Shown here in pieces: positions 37,901 through 52,900 of a DNA stretch of 64,000 nt. Each line of letters opens with the position of its first letter. Position 1 is the stretch's first letter. A model generated the notes under the pieces. That model saw only the letters and a program-made list of their open reading frames with translations, did not search any database and was not told where the DNA came from. Source of the stretch: Lytechinus pictus (Eukaryota); the NCBI RefSeq assembly GCF_037042905.1, contig NC_087251.1, positions 28,026,001-28,090,000 of the forward strand. The letters are read 5' to 3'. The translations under genes were made by a program, and so were the position numbers.

Positions 37901-40900
37901 ACAACCAAAATTCAAACATTTTGATTGATTGCCTATATGTTTATTAAAACTTAGTCATTTTACACTTCTTCTGAACAAATGAATAATGAATCTTTGATAA
38001 TTCCCTTGTTGTTACAGGCAGTCAACGAGGTCCTAACCAATCTTCTAATATCTCACATTGAGATTCGATCTGAGGATTCTATAGACATCAGGCAGTATGT
38101 CCATGAACGGAAGGTGGAGAAAATAGTCGTGCCCATTGGTGATGAACTCAAGCAGGTCAAAGAACAGTATCTAAAGGTAAATGCCATGACCATTTACTCT
38201 CATTTCCACTATACATAGGGCTAGGGAAGTGTGGGAAAATAGTTGTGCTGATTGGTGATGAACTCAAGCAGGTCTAAGAACAGTATCTACAGGTAAATGC
38301 CTTGATCAATCACTCTCATTTCACATGAAGTAGATAGTGTTAGGAAAGTGTGGGAAAGTAGTTGTTCATAGCCAATAAATTCAGGCAAGTCAAATAACAG
38401 TATCTATAGGTAAATGCCTTGATCAATCACTCATTTCCTATAGAGTAGATAGAAAAGTGTGAGAAAGTAGTTCGTTTAGGCAATGAGTTCAGGCAGGTAA
38501 ACGAACATTATCTACAGGTGAATGAATGCAAACATTCTATCACTCCCCCTAATGATTAGACTGTTATCCAGAGGGATGGTATTCCCTGTACCTCCAAAAA
38601 ATTCTTCAATCTTATAATATGACAGGTCAATGTAAATTCTCTCCCTCCTCATTCCATCAAGTTATTCAGAAACAAATTTCAGAGGATAGAGCAGCCTTGG
38701 ATGTGAAATTAATTGGCATGTTTGATTTTTATTGATATGAAATGTAGGCAAGCATGAAATATATATTCAGGGAGACTGGGAGAGTGTGACATTTACAGAA
38801 CTTATGTAACTGCTGCATGAGCACCACCATTTGAATACTTTCTGTGGCTTGGAGGCTCTCTCCTAGAGGCAAAAATCAGTGTTAATAGTCAGGTGTAAAA
38901 CAATAACATCAGGAGAGATGTTCTCATTTTCTGTCTGAGTGACGGGGGAAAATTTCAACTCCTAAAAAGTGTCAATTATGCACAATTCCTTTTAACGCTT
39001 CAGTGCGCTGTGATGAAAGCATGCTTTATTTATTGGACTCTTTTTTAAATTAAAAGCGTAACTAATGTATGAAATATGCATTAATCATTGTTCAGACGGC
39101 AGGTTCAAAACCACCTTGTAAATTATGGTGAAAATGACTTGACCCTACTAGAACTTGTAATCATGTCTTACATCCTTGCTCCACACTTACTCTGCCAATA
39201 TTTATTTGTATTCAAATTTATCTTTTATTTTGTATTTGTTTTTAAGTGCATAATAAATAACGAATGAATAGATGAATAAATGGATTTCAAAATCCAGAAT
39301 ATCTCCTAAAATGAACTCTTTGTTCTTTTCATAGATCTTGACGGTGTTTGTAAATAGGTTGGTGAGATGTCGTGTCCTTTTCTGTCGTGACCTTGAGAAC
39401 CTGACCAAGTTCCAGATTCTGAAATCAAGAGAACAGTTCAGGCAGGATCCTCCACCAGAGATAACAGTAAGTCATCCAACTTGCCTTCTAAATGACATAT
39501 TGATGCCCTTTTAAACTGCATGGAAAAGAACACAACTTTCAACCTAAAGAACACTGCCTACTGGAAACAAAAACGCTCTATTCTTGGCCCTCTGTGTCAT
39601 TAATCAATATTGTAGTGGCTAATTAGGTCTGTTCCAAATTTGACCATGGATGCCTCTCGTGATATTTTCTGGCTGTGGCGGCTTATTTACCACTTGATCC
39701 AAGTCAGTAGAGGAGAGATCTCTTTTAGCTGGCCAACAAAAATGTTGTTAAGTGTAACTTATTTTCCTAAGAAAATCTACTTCAAAGTCACCAGTAATAC
39801 TAGTGTTGGACTCTTCACTCCATTGATCTGCCCAACAAAATATTTCACAGAATTCTTTCCTGTAAACTTCTCAAGAACCCAGTTGCCTTGTTCAATATAT
39901 TTTTTTCGAATAGGCAGTTCTTGCTCTAATTCCTCTTAACTCTCACCTGAAGATTCACTTTCCATCTCTCTTTACTCTTGTTTCACTTTCAACCTCATTT
40001 TCTTTCATCTGATTCATGTTCATCTTTACTTTCTTCAGATTCACTGTCAACTTCACCTTCCTTGGATTTTTTCCATGAACTGGCTTTTTCTTGGCCACTC
40101 TACTAGATGAACTATTTGTCAAAGTCCCTTTTTTTCAACATTCTTTTTGGCTTTCACTTTTTTTTTACCAGAAAGAGACTTGTCTTGTTGATCTTTCAGT
40201 CTGTTGTGCAAAGTGTCCCTTTTCAACTTGAATTCTTCACATGCTTTTCTAATTGCCATTCCCTTCTGACATGCTTTCACAGCCTTTTCAAGAGATTCCT
40301 CATAATATTAGTTCTTGTTATATCTGGCTCCATCTCTTCTTTTATATGTTCTCTCCATTGTTTAGATCCTAACTTTCCTATCCTTACTATCCTAACTATG
40401 CTTGCTACTCTGAAAAAGAAAGCAAAGTAGTTATATAGCTGTCAAACATTTTGGTACTCGTTTGATGTCCGAAGTCACCCCATACGTGAAGACAAATCAT
40501 GAGGTGAAATTGCAAGGGTTGTCAGGTATCATGACTATACAGGTGGGTTAATGATCCCTTTATGTTCACTATCCAACCAACAGGCTTGAGCTTTTGTTCT
40601 TCAATATTCCTCAAGTACCAAAAGTTTGAGGGCCAAAAAATCAAGCGTTTTATGGACCCTACAAAGAAAAGTACAAAAACCATGTAAGGCAATGCAATAT
40701 ACAAGAGCACAATAGTCATTCATAATATTCACACATTCCCCTAAAATAACATACAAAAAGATACTGGCAATAGCAAAAGGAAAAAATGTAAATGAAACAA
40801 TGCTTTTTCTGTTGTTTCCAAAGTCACCCAGTTTATGGTAAGTTGAAAAGAATAGTTATTGATTTGCATTTAGGGACCCTCTTGAATGCATTTAGTGAAA

Positions 40901-43900
40901 AACTTTTCTTCGTTTCCTCTGATATTGAATTTAAAAATATTGACTTTTGAAAAAATTAGTTCTTAGATTAGATATGTGAGAATTATCATTGCCCCTGGAT
41001 GCATAAGTATGGACATTACAATTTAAAACAAAACGATTACAATGCCATAGCATACAAAAAAAAACTCTGACAATTTAAAGTTAGGGGTAAATGAGTTTAT
41101 TGCCATGACCTAGTCAGGTCGTTCAACAAGTATTGATCGCAATAACACAGGAGTATGGAACGAAATTATACCAACACACAATTAACACAAAGTGGCGTGA
41201 CTACCCTTTTCCCTTCCTGTGATTCTTTAATAAAAGCGCATACATTTTTTACAAACAAAGTCAGTAAAATGAAAACACTGCAATTTATTTTACCCGAATA
41301 CTGTCAGCTAACTAAGGAACTAAAACTTAATACATATCTACACTTTAATGACAAAACATCCATTTACTCCTTGTATCTAAAATAAACTGAACAATAATGC
41401 CATACGGTACATACGTGTATGAAATATCCCTCAGAAAAAAATAAAGACAACATAATGATAATCAATATCCACATGTTCAAATATTGATATAATTGAAATA
41501 AGAAAAATGAGCACAGTATAAACAACTTGGTACATGAATATAATCACCGTGGAGATCTAGATCTACCGACATATCTTCAGCAATTACCTAACCATCAAAC
41601 CACAAATTGTTATCTCTGTGAGACAGCAAGGATGAACATCTGCCAATTACATTTGACTTTGGAATGGGGATTCCCCCAACTATAGGAATGCTTTCCTCAC
41701 CATCGACATCAATAAAACAAAAACTGTCACTAATTTCAGTATCTGCAACCGACTTTCTTACCATATTTAATGGTGCAATCACTTCTTGCCTCAACCTGTA
41801 AGATACAATCACCCTCCTGTTGCCCCTGTATAATAGCTGGAAAGCATGGGGCTGTAATGTGCTGCCTCTTCGACGCATCGCCCATGGGCTTGGTCATGCT
41901 GGTCACGACAATGGAGCAGCGCTGCTTTGATGCAGTAACATACATTTTCTTAAGTATGTGGGACTACACATTCACCTAAGTTAGAACAAACCTGAAATTA
42001 TCATTGAAAAGTACACCCCGTCCAAGTGACTGGATAAATTCCATTGGTGCCTGGATTCATGCTGCGTCAAATGGCCTAGGTTCAGATCCCAACATGTGCA
42101 CAAATTTACTATGGTACAACACATCTTCAGCAGTAAAACTTAAAATTGCAATTTCATATTCATAAATGTCATAAGAATCTAATATCTTGTGAATCTTGAT
42201 ACTTGGTTTGGTATGAGCATAAAATGATGAATGGTTTCTCATCCTTATTGTGTGCTTTTGTAGTTAACAAATTCTATTTAGATATTAATATGAAGCACTG
42301 CCTCATGTAACACTAAATCCGTTGCTATAGAGTTAGCTTGGTTGTGTAATTGGGTATTTTGTTTACATGAATAATTCTTCATTCTTTTTACCATGAGGCT
42401 GCAAGGAGAGGTCCAGTTGAAGGTGACTTTGCCATCTGCATGAGCCTATACCATGGCTTTGAGCTTCTACTCCAGCATGGTCAACGCTCCCTCTACAGCT
42501 TCCTTCAAAACATCGTAGACGGCACAAAGGCCAACGCGAGGACGCGCTCCGAGCTCATGCGAAATTCCGACTTCTCCAACCTCGTCGAGATGCTGGAGGC
42601 CAAGTACGCTGGCTCCATGATGAACTCCAGTCATAATATCAGTCATAACTCAAGCCATAACTCCAGCGGGCTGTTTACATCCATGTTGTCCCCGTCGCTA
42701 AGGGCAACAGGGTCAAAAGTTGAAGAGGAGGAGTATGTCATGAGTCACCCCAAGATGACCAAGCTGAAGGAAGTTGTTTTAGAGCACTTTGAAAAATTCA
42801 CATCGGGTAAGGAATGATAGTATATTTACTAGTTTAAAGTCATAGATTTAATGCTCATTGTGAGTTAGAGAAATATAAGAAGAAAGAAGAGTAACAATTT
42901 ATAAAGAATCTGTACTGTAAAATATTTGCTAACTATGGTAAACAAAATTATTCAGACTACTTGTATAGATTTTCAGATTATTTATATGCTCCACTGTCTT
43001 TTATTCTTGTAATGCTTTCATTGATCTAGGCAACCAAATGGAGGCAGGTCCGTCAACCAGTAGGGCTTCTAATAAACATAGTACCAGGGTAATGATCTTT
43101 GCTCAGTATCGTGACAGCGTTCAAGAGATTACTCAGATGCTCAACCGTCATCAACCCACAGTGCGATGTATGAGCTTCATAGGGCAGGCATCGGCAGGGA
43201 AGAATACTAAGGGATTCTCGCAGAAAGAGCAAATCAGGGTACAGTATATGCCATGATGAAACAAAATTTTATAATGATTTTCATGGTGTTCTGTATTTTT
43301 ATTCACAGATTTCATGTTTGTCAGGAAGTGAACAATTTTTCATGAGTGTTTAGAAATAAATGGGTAAATAAAACCTCAGCAAAATGTTCTGCCTGTTCAT
43401 GAATTCTACTACAACAGACTATATGTAGACCCCTCATTTATGATGCTTTTCATGAATGACAAAGGTACAAGCCATTGTTATGAGCTGATAAATTTCTGTC
43501 ATTTGATTGGTCAAATTCTTTCTAGAAAAAGTATTGATAATTATGGTTTTATGAAAAAAGTGCCCACAAATGACTCACAATGACCCCCAAATGACAAATT
43601 ATTTTCACATTGAGATGACTCGCATTCTTATGATTTTAGCTTCATTATTTCTCTCATTCCTTATATTGTTAAATTTTGATTTGTAGCTTCTTTGATCTGA
43701 TTTTTTTAATTGTCGTTTGTCATCAACATTTAATGGTAATTTCCTCTCTGCTGTGTCCCCCAGGTGGTCAATGAGTTCAAGAATGGCGGTTACAACACCT
43801 TGGTCTCCACATGTGTTGGAGAGGAAGGTTTAGACATTGGTGATGTTGATCTCATTGTTTGTTTTGATGCTCATAAGAGCCCTATAAGACTAGTCCAGAG

Positions 43901-46900
43901 GATGGGTAGGACAGGGAGGAAACGACAAGGCAGGATCGTCATGCTAGTGACGGAAGGGAAAGAATCTGCAGTAAGTTCACTGAAACTTCACTATTTCATA
44001 TCGCATATCATTCTTCACTTTGGCAAATGCTTATTTTTTTATAATTTTCCAAGAAAATTTTCAGGTAATGATTTTTATTGCAATTTTTTATTGTGATGCT
44101 GATGAAGAAAGAAATTGTTCTCCATTACTTTAATCCATATCCATATTTTATTGTTTAAAATAGACATCAAAGTGAAATACTCAGAAAATTGTTTTGCCCA
44201 ATTGAGTGTAGGCCCAGCAGCCGCTGTGCAGTGTCAGATCGGCTAGGCTCTATCCCTTTAATCATTGAACGCCAAACTCCCATCTTTTATCGTCTTTTGG
44301 TCCGACACGGCCAAGGTTTGAACTCACGACCTCCCGGTTGTGAGACGGACGCTCTACCAAATGAGATTACTCACCGGCTTATGTCATCAAAGACAAAAAC
44401 AAATCTTGTTTTATATTGTCTTGTGCTATTTTGTGCAAATGAATAGTAAATGGTAAATGGAAATGAGAAAAGTTTTTCTAGTCTCTGTATGTTTAAACAA
44501 AGTCCCATTTAAGTGTTTATAAATATATACATGAAATACAAATTAGAGTGTCCATTTCACATACCTTGAAGTACAATTACCTTCGAGAACAAAACATTTC
44601 AAATCTCCACTGGCACAAATGTTTCAGGTTCTTAATAATAAGTTGGGAACTAAACTTTGTGGACTGGGGTCTATGGAAAAAGACTGTTGTAGAGCATAAT
44701 CAATCAACCATTTTCTAACGTGTTAACAACAACTCTTTCATTCTCTCCTGCAGATCTATGACCGTAGCCAGTATAGCAAGAAGGGGATCCACAGGGCCTT
44801 GCAGGGTAACAGCAAGTCCCTTCACCTCTTCCCTGCTAGTCCCAGGATGGTCCCAAGAGGGCTCAATCCCACTGCTCATAAGATGAACATCAAGGTAGGG
44901 GAGTATCAAAGCAAGCACAAGACAAAGATGGCCGCTCCTTCCAGCGCCACCACCAGTAAGAAGAAATCCAGTATGGGAGGAGACATCTCAAGATTCCTGC
45001 AAGGAAGTAAGAAGATTCTATTCCACATTATCTCAATAATGTTTAAATCCTTTGTGAATTGCTTCTTCTTTTTTTAAGAGATGTACATTCAAAATTTCTA
45101 CCTTTAAAATAAACTGAAGTGATGATGATTTCACTCATTCCATGGAGGAACTGAGGAATTATTGATGTTGTATTGATCTTTGTTTTTCTTTTCTCTTGCA
45201 GCCAAACCTGACCCTGCAGAGGATGTATTTCTGACATATGAAGAGCTTGTATTCTGGAACCTTCATTATAAAGTCGATCAAGGGGAGCAGCTTAAAGCAC
45301 CTGGAGAATCTAAATTCCTCTCCCTCAACAAGCAAGCAGCTAAAGAGGTGAATGTTAATTTGATGTTGTTAATCTGTCATCAATTTTATAGGAAAGAATT
45401 TAGAATGTTGTAACAGTATTTGTAGATTAGTGATTGTCCATGATGAGGATATGAACATGTTTCCCACATACAAATTGTTGATTATGAGGATATGGATATA
45501 TTGCCCAAGTATGATATGTAGATCTTAATATTTTGCAGTCGTTGTTCTAGTTAGCCTCTTACCGCATCCTTGTTTATTGCAATCTCACTTATACAAGGTA
45601 TAATATGCCGTATTATAGCCGAAATATAACCTAATAATCTAAGCCAACTTCCTAAGCCAACCAAATGTCACATGTTTCTTCCCACAGGTTTCCCTGACAA
45701 ACGACAAGGAGCTTTCACTGAACTCTTATGCAGAATGGCAAACCAATAAGCAGCCGACCCACAAGGTTTCCCATTCACAACGCTGTGCAGTCTTTGTGGA
45801 GATGATGGAATTCTTTGAGATACAGGGTCACACCGAAGACGAGGATATCTATGGGGCTGAAATGGCAATGTACTTGGATGAAGGGGATGTGTTGAGACCA
45901 AATGAAAAAGAAAGTAAAGGAAAGGAAGGAATCCTGAAATACTGTTCTCAGGAAAAGAAGAACCAGAAGGAAACAGACATTGTTATCTTAGATGAAGATG
46001 AAGGAGATGGTGATCACAAGGAGAGAACTAGGAAAATAAAGAAAAAGGCAAAAGTTCGGAAAAGAGCGAAGAGTACATCCTCAGAAATGGAAAATCTTGG
46101 TAGTGATGATGGTCTTCCTGCTGTGGATCTCTTCAGTGAACCCAGTGAAAAACAAGATGGATACTCTGAAAATACAGAGGAGCACAAAGGCAAGGCAAAG
46201 AAGGGCAGAAAGTCTGATGATGGGAGCAGTAGTGACGGAAAGGTTGGAAGGACTAAAAGGGGTAAGAGCCCAAGAGGTGGACAAGAAAGCAGACTGAAAA
46301 GAAAGACGATTCCATTACCATGCGATTCAGATGAGAATGATTTTGATACTGACAGGAAAAGTGTGACCCCTCCAAGACCTGTTGTTGCAAATACTGAGGG
46401 TGAAGTTAAACAACAGAAATCAGTCAACACCAAGGAGGATATGACTGATTCAGATCAGGGTGCTCTCAATGATGAACCTATGGACACTGCCAGTGATGAT
46501 AACCAGGTTGAACCTTGTGCAGCTTCCCCAAGCAGTCCGTCCAAGAATCAACAAGAGCATGCCAAAGGCGACGCTTCTTTGAATACTTCTGATATCTTTC
46601 TCTCTTGCTCCCAAGTCTTCAGGGCACCTGAGGTTCCTTCAGGTGCCTCCAAAAGAGACAAACGTACATCTGAAAGGTCAAATGGTGAGGGAGAAGCTGA
46701 CGTGATGCCACCCCCTCCACCTTCACTCTCTGGTCTTGATCTTCTAGACGATATTGATCTGTCATTCAATGCCTCACAACTTGCCAAAGAGGACATCTGG
46801 ACAAAGAGTTCACCAAAAAGAGAGTCTCATCGACCTGAGATAGGTATTGCTCTGGATGAGCCAGTGATTGTTCCACCTTTACCTCTAAACGGAAAAGAAA

Positions 46901-49900
46901 CCATGAAATTTGAAAAGCATGGAGAAGAGCTAAACATGAGGACTAACCTTGTTACAAGTGAAACATTTTCCAAAACAGTGCAAAATGATAATGGTCTTGA
47001 TATTAGCAGTACAGCGTCATGTCACATAAATCATGACATGGATGATGAGTTTGGAAAAGTTTTGGATTCTGACGCTGATGAAGTTGATGAAGCTGTCTCC
47101 AACTTTGAAAATGGTAAAATCAATCAGGAAGAAGCTGATGAACCTTTTCTCATATCTCCAGTCCTAACTAAGCACTCACTCAAGAAGTGTGTTCAGGTGC
47201 AACAGAGTGTTGATGATATTGATCATGAAGAGGAGACAAAAAATATCACAGATGAGCTTGTGGATGCATGGGACAATTTTGAGGGGGATATCTTTGACGA
47301 TGACGATGATGATGTGGTCTTTGACAGGGAGCCTGTTTCTAATCATTTAACCAAATCCCCAATCCTTTCAACAAATGTTAAGAAAGTTGTGGGTAGGAAA
47401 GGGGATGTCAAGAATGACACCGCGGCCAGTCATGCATATGAAGCACATTCTGAAGACACAGATCAGAGAAATGGATTCAAAGTTTCTACAGCATCTCACA
47501 GTATTAAACCATGGACTGACGTAAATCATGGAATGACAGAGAGGCCTGGGATTGAAATAAATCATAAAGAAGAGATCGGCAGTGCTGTGCTTTGCAGTTC
47601 CAGCAATCAACTTCAGAAAATCCAACCACAGCTGGAACATGAAATTACAGACGAAAATGAGATCAAACATACGCAACAACCTAAGTTTGATCTTGATTTT
47701 GATTTTGGTGACTTTTTTGAGATGGATGATGAGGCCTTTGATGAGATTGGCATTGTTCCTCCTTCACCTCAGGTCAGCCAGAAAAGATCAGGCTTCATGG
47801 CAATGTCCCAGGCATCCCAATCAATGATAAGACCAGAGAGAGATGCAAGAACAAGTCACACAGATAAAGATGGATCCAAGGTGGATATCATTGGAGAGCA
47901 AGAAGCCAAGCTTAAAAATAATCCAACCACTCAAAATCAAGTTATTCCAACAACAAACTGTGGTCTTTCTGCTTTAGAATCATCAAAACCGTCTAAGATA
48001 GAAGTCAAGACATCTTCCCTGAGTAGATTTAAGCGTAACCTGATGCATCCTGTCAACACCAACGATTCCAAAGTGGTAGCGTCATTGGCACAACCAGAGA
48101 AAATAGAGACTGCTGATTTGGTTGGAAACGTCTACAAAGATACAGTATCAAGAGTTTCACATCCTCCTGCTGCCTCAACTCCAGTGATGTCAGATGTTGA
48201 AAGGGATGGTAGGCATCAGGGTAGTACAGTGTCACCTATTGGACAGTCTGGTCGTAGAGACATTTTTTCACCTGTAGAAACTCCTAGCTCACATCTGCAG
48301 AAAGCCAAACCCTTAGGTAGCCTTCGCAGCCGGCTCAGAATTAAGAGAAAGGATGGCTCGGGACCGAAGCAGAGTGAAGGATTGTCTATCCAAGATCAGT
48401 CTTCCAGACCTACAGCTCTTCCTGGCAAGAGAAAGAGTTCACCTCTTGTTGACGAAGGACATTTTGAAGATCCTGTGTTATCAAACCCTCTGAAGAAACC
48501 AAAGACGTCTCTGAAGGAAGAAACCAGTCTGTCACCTCATAGAATAGAAGGGCATGTCATCAAACCATCACTGGGACTCAAGAGTGGGAAGATTAATGAC
48601 AAAGATGACATTAACTTTCTTCTTGAAGGCATTGATTGGGAAGATTCATTCCTATCTGACAACAAACCTACAATACCTGATAGAGTGAATGATGGATTTG
48701 ATAATAAAAGAGATTCTACAGACTCTACAACATCAAAGAAAGGTAAGATTAACATCATCCTTTGATAACCCAACTTAACTTTCAGACTGTAAATTAAATT
48801 TACTAAAGAAATTATTAATAAAGGTGCCTTTTGTATGATATTTAAAAATAAATAGAGAATCATTGTAATATATCGGAAAAGTATATTATAACTGTATGTT
48901 TAAAAGCACACATCATTTTTAAAATGATTAATGAAGTAAATGCTTAAAGTTTCAAAAATATCATATTTGACAGTAGTAGAGGCATAATGTTAGAGCATGC
49001 ACAGTCTTGAATCCAACATATTATTTCTCATTTTCATTTTTAAATGCATACATGCCTATTCAGATGGTGAAAATGCTGATCACCCTCATCATGAAGAAAA
49101 CTCTCACAGCTCTAGCATTTTTGGAAGTCATGTGATGTACTTCATATCTGAAAGTGAAAGGGGCATTAATTTTTAATGCATGCAATTTAGTTTTCACACA
49201 CTGCTTTTTTTTTTGCTCATTATTACAGGCACACATATTTCTTCTGATGATGACGCCAATCTCTCCCACCATCTCAAAGACGATGATGAAGATAGTGATG
49301 ACAGTCAAGATGTCATCGGTAGAGTCACCAAGAAGAAAAGAGCTGTGGTGCTGACGTCCCCAGACACTCCGATGGCTTTCAATGCGTCACTTAGGTCGCG
49401 TCTAGCTGCAAAAGCATCAATTGTCAAAGAGGTAAACTGTCTTTATGAGAATATGAATGCTGAACCCACTCAGTCCTCAGGCTATTAAGTAACTTATTTC
49501 CGTGCCTTGAACCTGTCTCACACTAATGCAAAATACTGTAACCCAATTTTGCAAGTTGAAATACATGTACCCCTAAACTCATTGAGGGTATGATGATCAT
49601 ACTGAGAGACAATCAAATGGCATCATAAAGCCTTCTTGGTGATCTGTGAAGGTTTGCATTATGATATACAGATAACATAGAAGAGGATTACACCATGCGG
49701 TGAGTCCTGAAAAGGACTATTAAGATGGTGGAATGAAGAGAATTTGACGAAAAATGAAAATGAAAGAAATTTGGTTGGATTTGAGGGAAAGAAATAGATG
49801 ACAGAGTAGAATTTTCTTTCATGTGATATAATGAAACCCTTTAAATGATCAACATATTTGTAAGTCTGACTCATTTCTCTCTCCATTCTTCACTTTATCA

Positions 49901-52900
49901 AAGTGCTGAAGCCTTGATAACTTGAGAGCATAAACATAATATGAAATGGAAAGAGACAAATATCAGGTTATTTCCATTTTATAAGGGGATCGGTCATCGG
50001 ACACATATTTTATGGACTTGAGAATTGAATTTCTTGTCTGTTGTTTCAGAAGAGTGTCCATGTGCTGTCTGATGAGTCATCTGATGATTCCTCCTTCATC
50101 ATTCAACCTAAGAAAAGGAAAGCAAAGAAGATACTGGATATGAGTAGTACCATTATTATCCCTGAAGGAGACGATGATGACTTTGAAGGTATACTTTGAA
50201 GATATTGTAATTGCATCGAGGGATCATTTAATGAAAGGGCTGGTTAGATTTTGTTACCATAGTAACTGTCAGACATGCTTCAAAATCAAGGAAAATTGTC
50301 AGATCTCTCAACTTTTCACATGACAAGTGTTGACGAAATACTCTGTAGGACATAAATTTGTTTGTCTTCTTCAAGCTGGAGGATTCTGGTGCTATAACAA
50401 CTCACAACTTATTTTCTCATCTGTTTTTTGCTAAACGACATATTACTATTTCTGTTTTTATTGATGTTTACTCAAATTTCAGTATATATATTATTTTTAT
50501 GAATGTTACTATACACCAATGGAACTCTTATTTTTAAACTCCTCAAAAAAAGTTTGGAAATCTGACTTTGATCGATCCCTCCTCGGTTTTATTGTCTCGC
50601 CTGCATAGCAGAGCGAGACTATAGGCGCCGCTTTTCCGACGGCGACGGCGGCGGTGACGGCGGCGGCGTCAACATCAAATCTTAACCTAAGGTTAAGTTT
50701 TTGAAATGACATCATAACTTAGAAAGTATATGGACCTAGTTCATGAAACTTGGACATAAGGTTAATCAAGTATTACTGAACATCTTGCCTGAGGTTCAGG
50801 TCACATGACCAAGGTCAAAGGTCACTTAGGGTCAATGAACTTAGACCATGTTGGGAAAATTATTTTCAAAATCTTAACCGAAGGTTAAGTTTTTGAAATG
50901 ACATCATAACTTAGAAAGTATATAGACCTAGTTCATGAAACTTGGGCATAAGGTTAATCAAGTATTAGTGAACATCCTGCTTGAGTTTCATGTCACGTGA
51001 CCAAGGTCAAAGGTCATTTAGGGTCAATGAACTTTGGTCAAGTTGGGGGTATTTGTTGAATTACTATCATAACTTTGAAAAGTTATGGATCTAGTCCATG
51101 AAACTTTGGACATAAGGTTAATCAAGTATTAGTGAACATCCTGTCTGAGTTTCAGGTCACATGACCATGGTCAAAGGTCATTTAGGGTCAATGAACTTTG
51201 GCCGTGTTGGGGGTATTTGTTAAATTACCATCCTAACTCTGAAAGTTTATGGATCTAGTTCATAAAACTTGGACATAAGAGTAATCAAGTATCACTGAAC
51301 ATCCTGTACGAGTTTCAGGTCACATGACCATGGTCAATGGTGATTTAAGGTCAATGAACTTTGGCCGTGTTGGGGGTATTTGTTAAATTACCATCCTAAC
51401 TCTGAAAGTTTATGGATCTAGTTCATAAAACTTGGGATATAAGAGTAATCAAGCATCACTGAACATCCCCTGTGAGTTTCAGGTCACAAAACCAAGTCAA
51501 AGGTCAGTTAAGGTCAATAAACTTAGGCCATGTTGGGGTAATTGTTGAAGTGCCATCATAACTTTGAAAGTTTATGGATAGAGTGAATGAAATGTGGACA
51601 TGGGTGTAGTTGACAGTCTTAAGTCTCCGTTCAAATGTCATTTATGGTCAATGAATGTGGTATTATGTCATTATATGAATGATGTTTTTGTGAATGATTA
51701 TTTTATAGTAGTTTTCAAAGTTAGCACTGCTGCTATATTAAATTGCGTAATGCAGGCGAGACTGCCAGAGGCGTTCCACTTGTTGAATATTAATATGTAA
51801 TTAATATCAATGAATAGAGCATTTAATTCTCTTTAAAATGATACCCTACATGATATGATTATGGTTCACATGGAGGTGCAGTGCCTTTCAATGTGGGGCA
51901 AGGTCAAAATTCAAAAGTTGCAAAATGACACAATATTGAAAGTCATTCTTTTTTCCGTGGTGATGAGTGAGATTCTCAGCGGTTTCTTTTGACTTTGATC
52001 GATAATTCATAATCAGTTTTAGTAAATATTAATGTGTAATTAGTATCAATGAATAGATCTTTTAATTTTCTTTAAAATGATACCCTACATGATATGATTA
52101 TGGTTCACATGGAGGTGCAGTGCCTTTCAATGTGGGGCAAGGTCAAAATTCAAAAGTTGCAAAATGACACAATATTGAAAGTCACTGTTCTTTTTTCAGT
52201 GGTGATGAGTGAGTTTCTCTGAGGTTTCTTTTGTTTTCATGCACCTTAAAATCAACATTAACATGGAATCAAACACACCTCTGCACAAGCAAACACATAA
52301 CAAACAAACATGTATGGGTATTTCAAACCACCACTCAAAGTCTCAAACCATGTTATCTCACAGAACCTTCACTACTGAACAGAAGCAGGGGCTTGATTTG
52401 AATGGATTTTCATCTCTATTGACACAGACAAAAGAATCACGTTCTGTATTGACCCTTCATGACTATTTCTGCTCGATTTGCAGCTTTTCAATTCAGACCT
52501 CATCCAACACTTTTGAATCCTGCTCTTTTCGTGATGGTATGATCGTAACAAGCATGATATCATTTTAAAGAGAATTATTGTCTCGCCTGCATAGCAGAGC
52601 GAGACTATAGGCGCCGCTTTTCCGACGGCGGCGGCGGCAGCGGCGGCGTCAACATCAAATCTTAACCTAAGGTTAAGTTTTTGAAATGACATCATAACTT
52701 AGAAAGTATATGGACCTAGTTCATGAAACTTGGACATAAGGTTAATCAAGTATTACTAAACATCCTGCCTGAGTTTCAGGTCACATGACCAAGGTCAAAG
52801 GTCATTTAGGGTCAATGAACTTAGACCATGTTGGGAAAATTATTTTCAAAATCTTAACCGAAGGTTAAGTTTTTGAAATGACATCATAACTTAAAAAGTA

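Noticed and set aside
38768..39192. Possible MITE starting agggagactgggagag
   Set aside because: The matching right TIR is too degenerate to support.
45796..48765. 989-aa ORF as a standalone gene
   Set aside because: It is FANCM exon 13 (45688-48742), bounded by in-phase splice sites.
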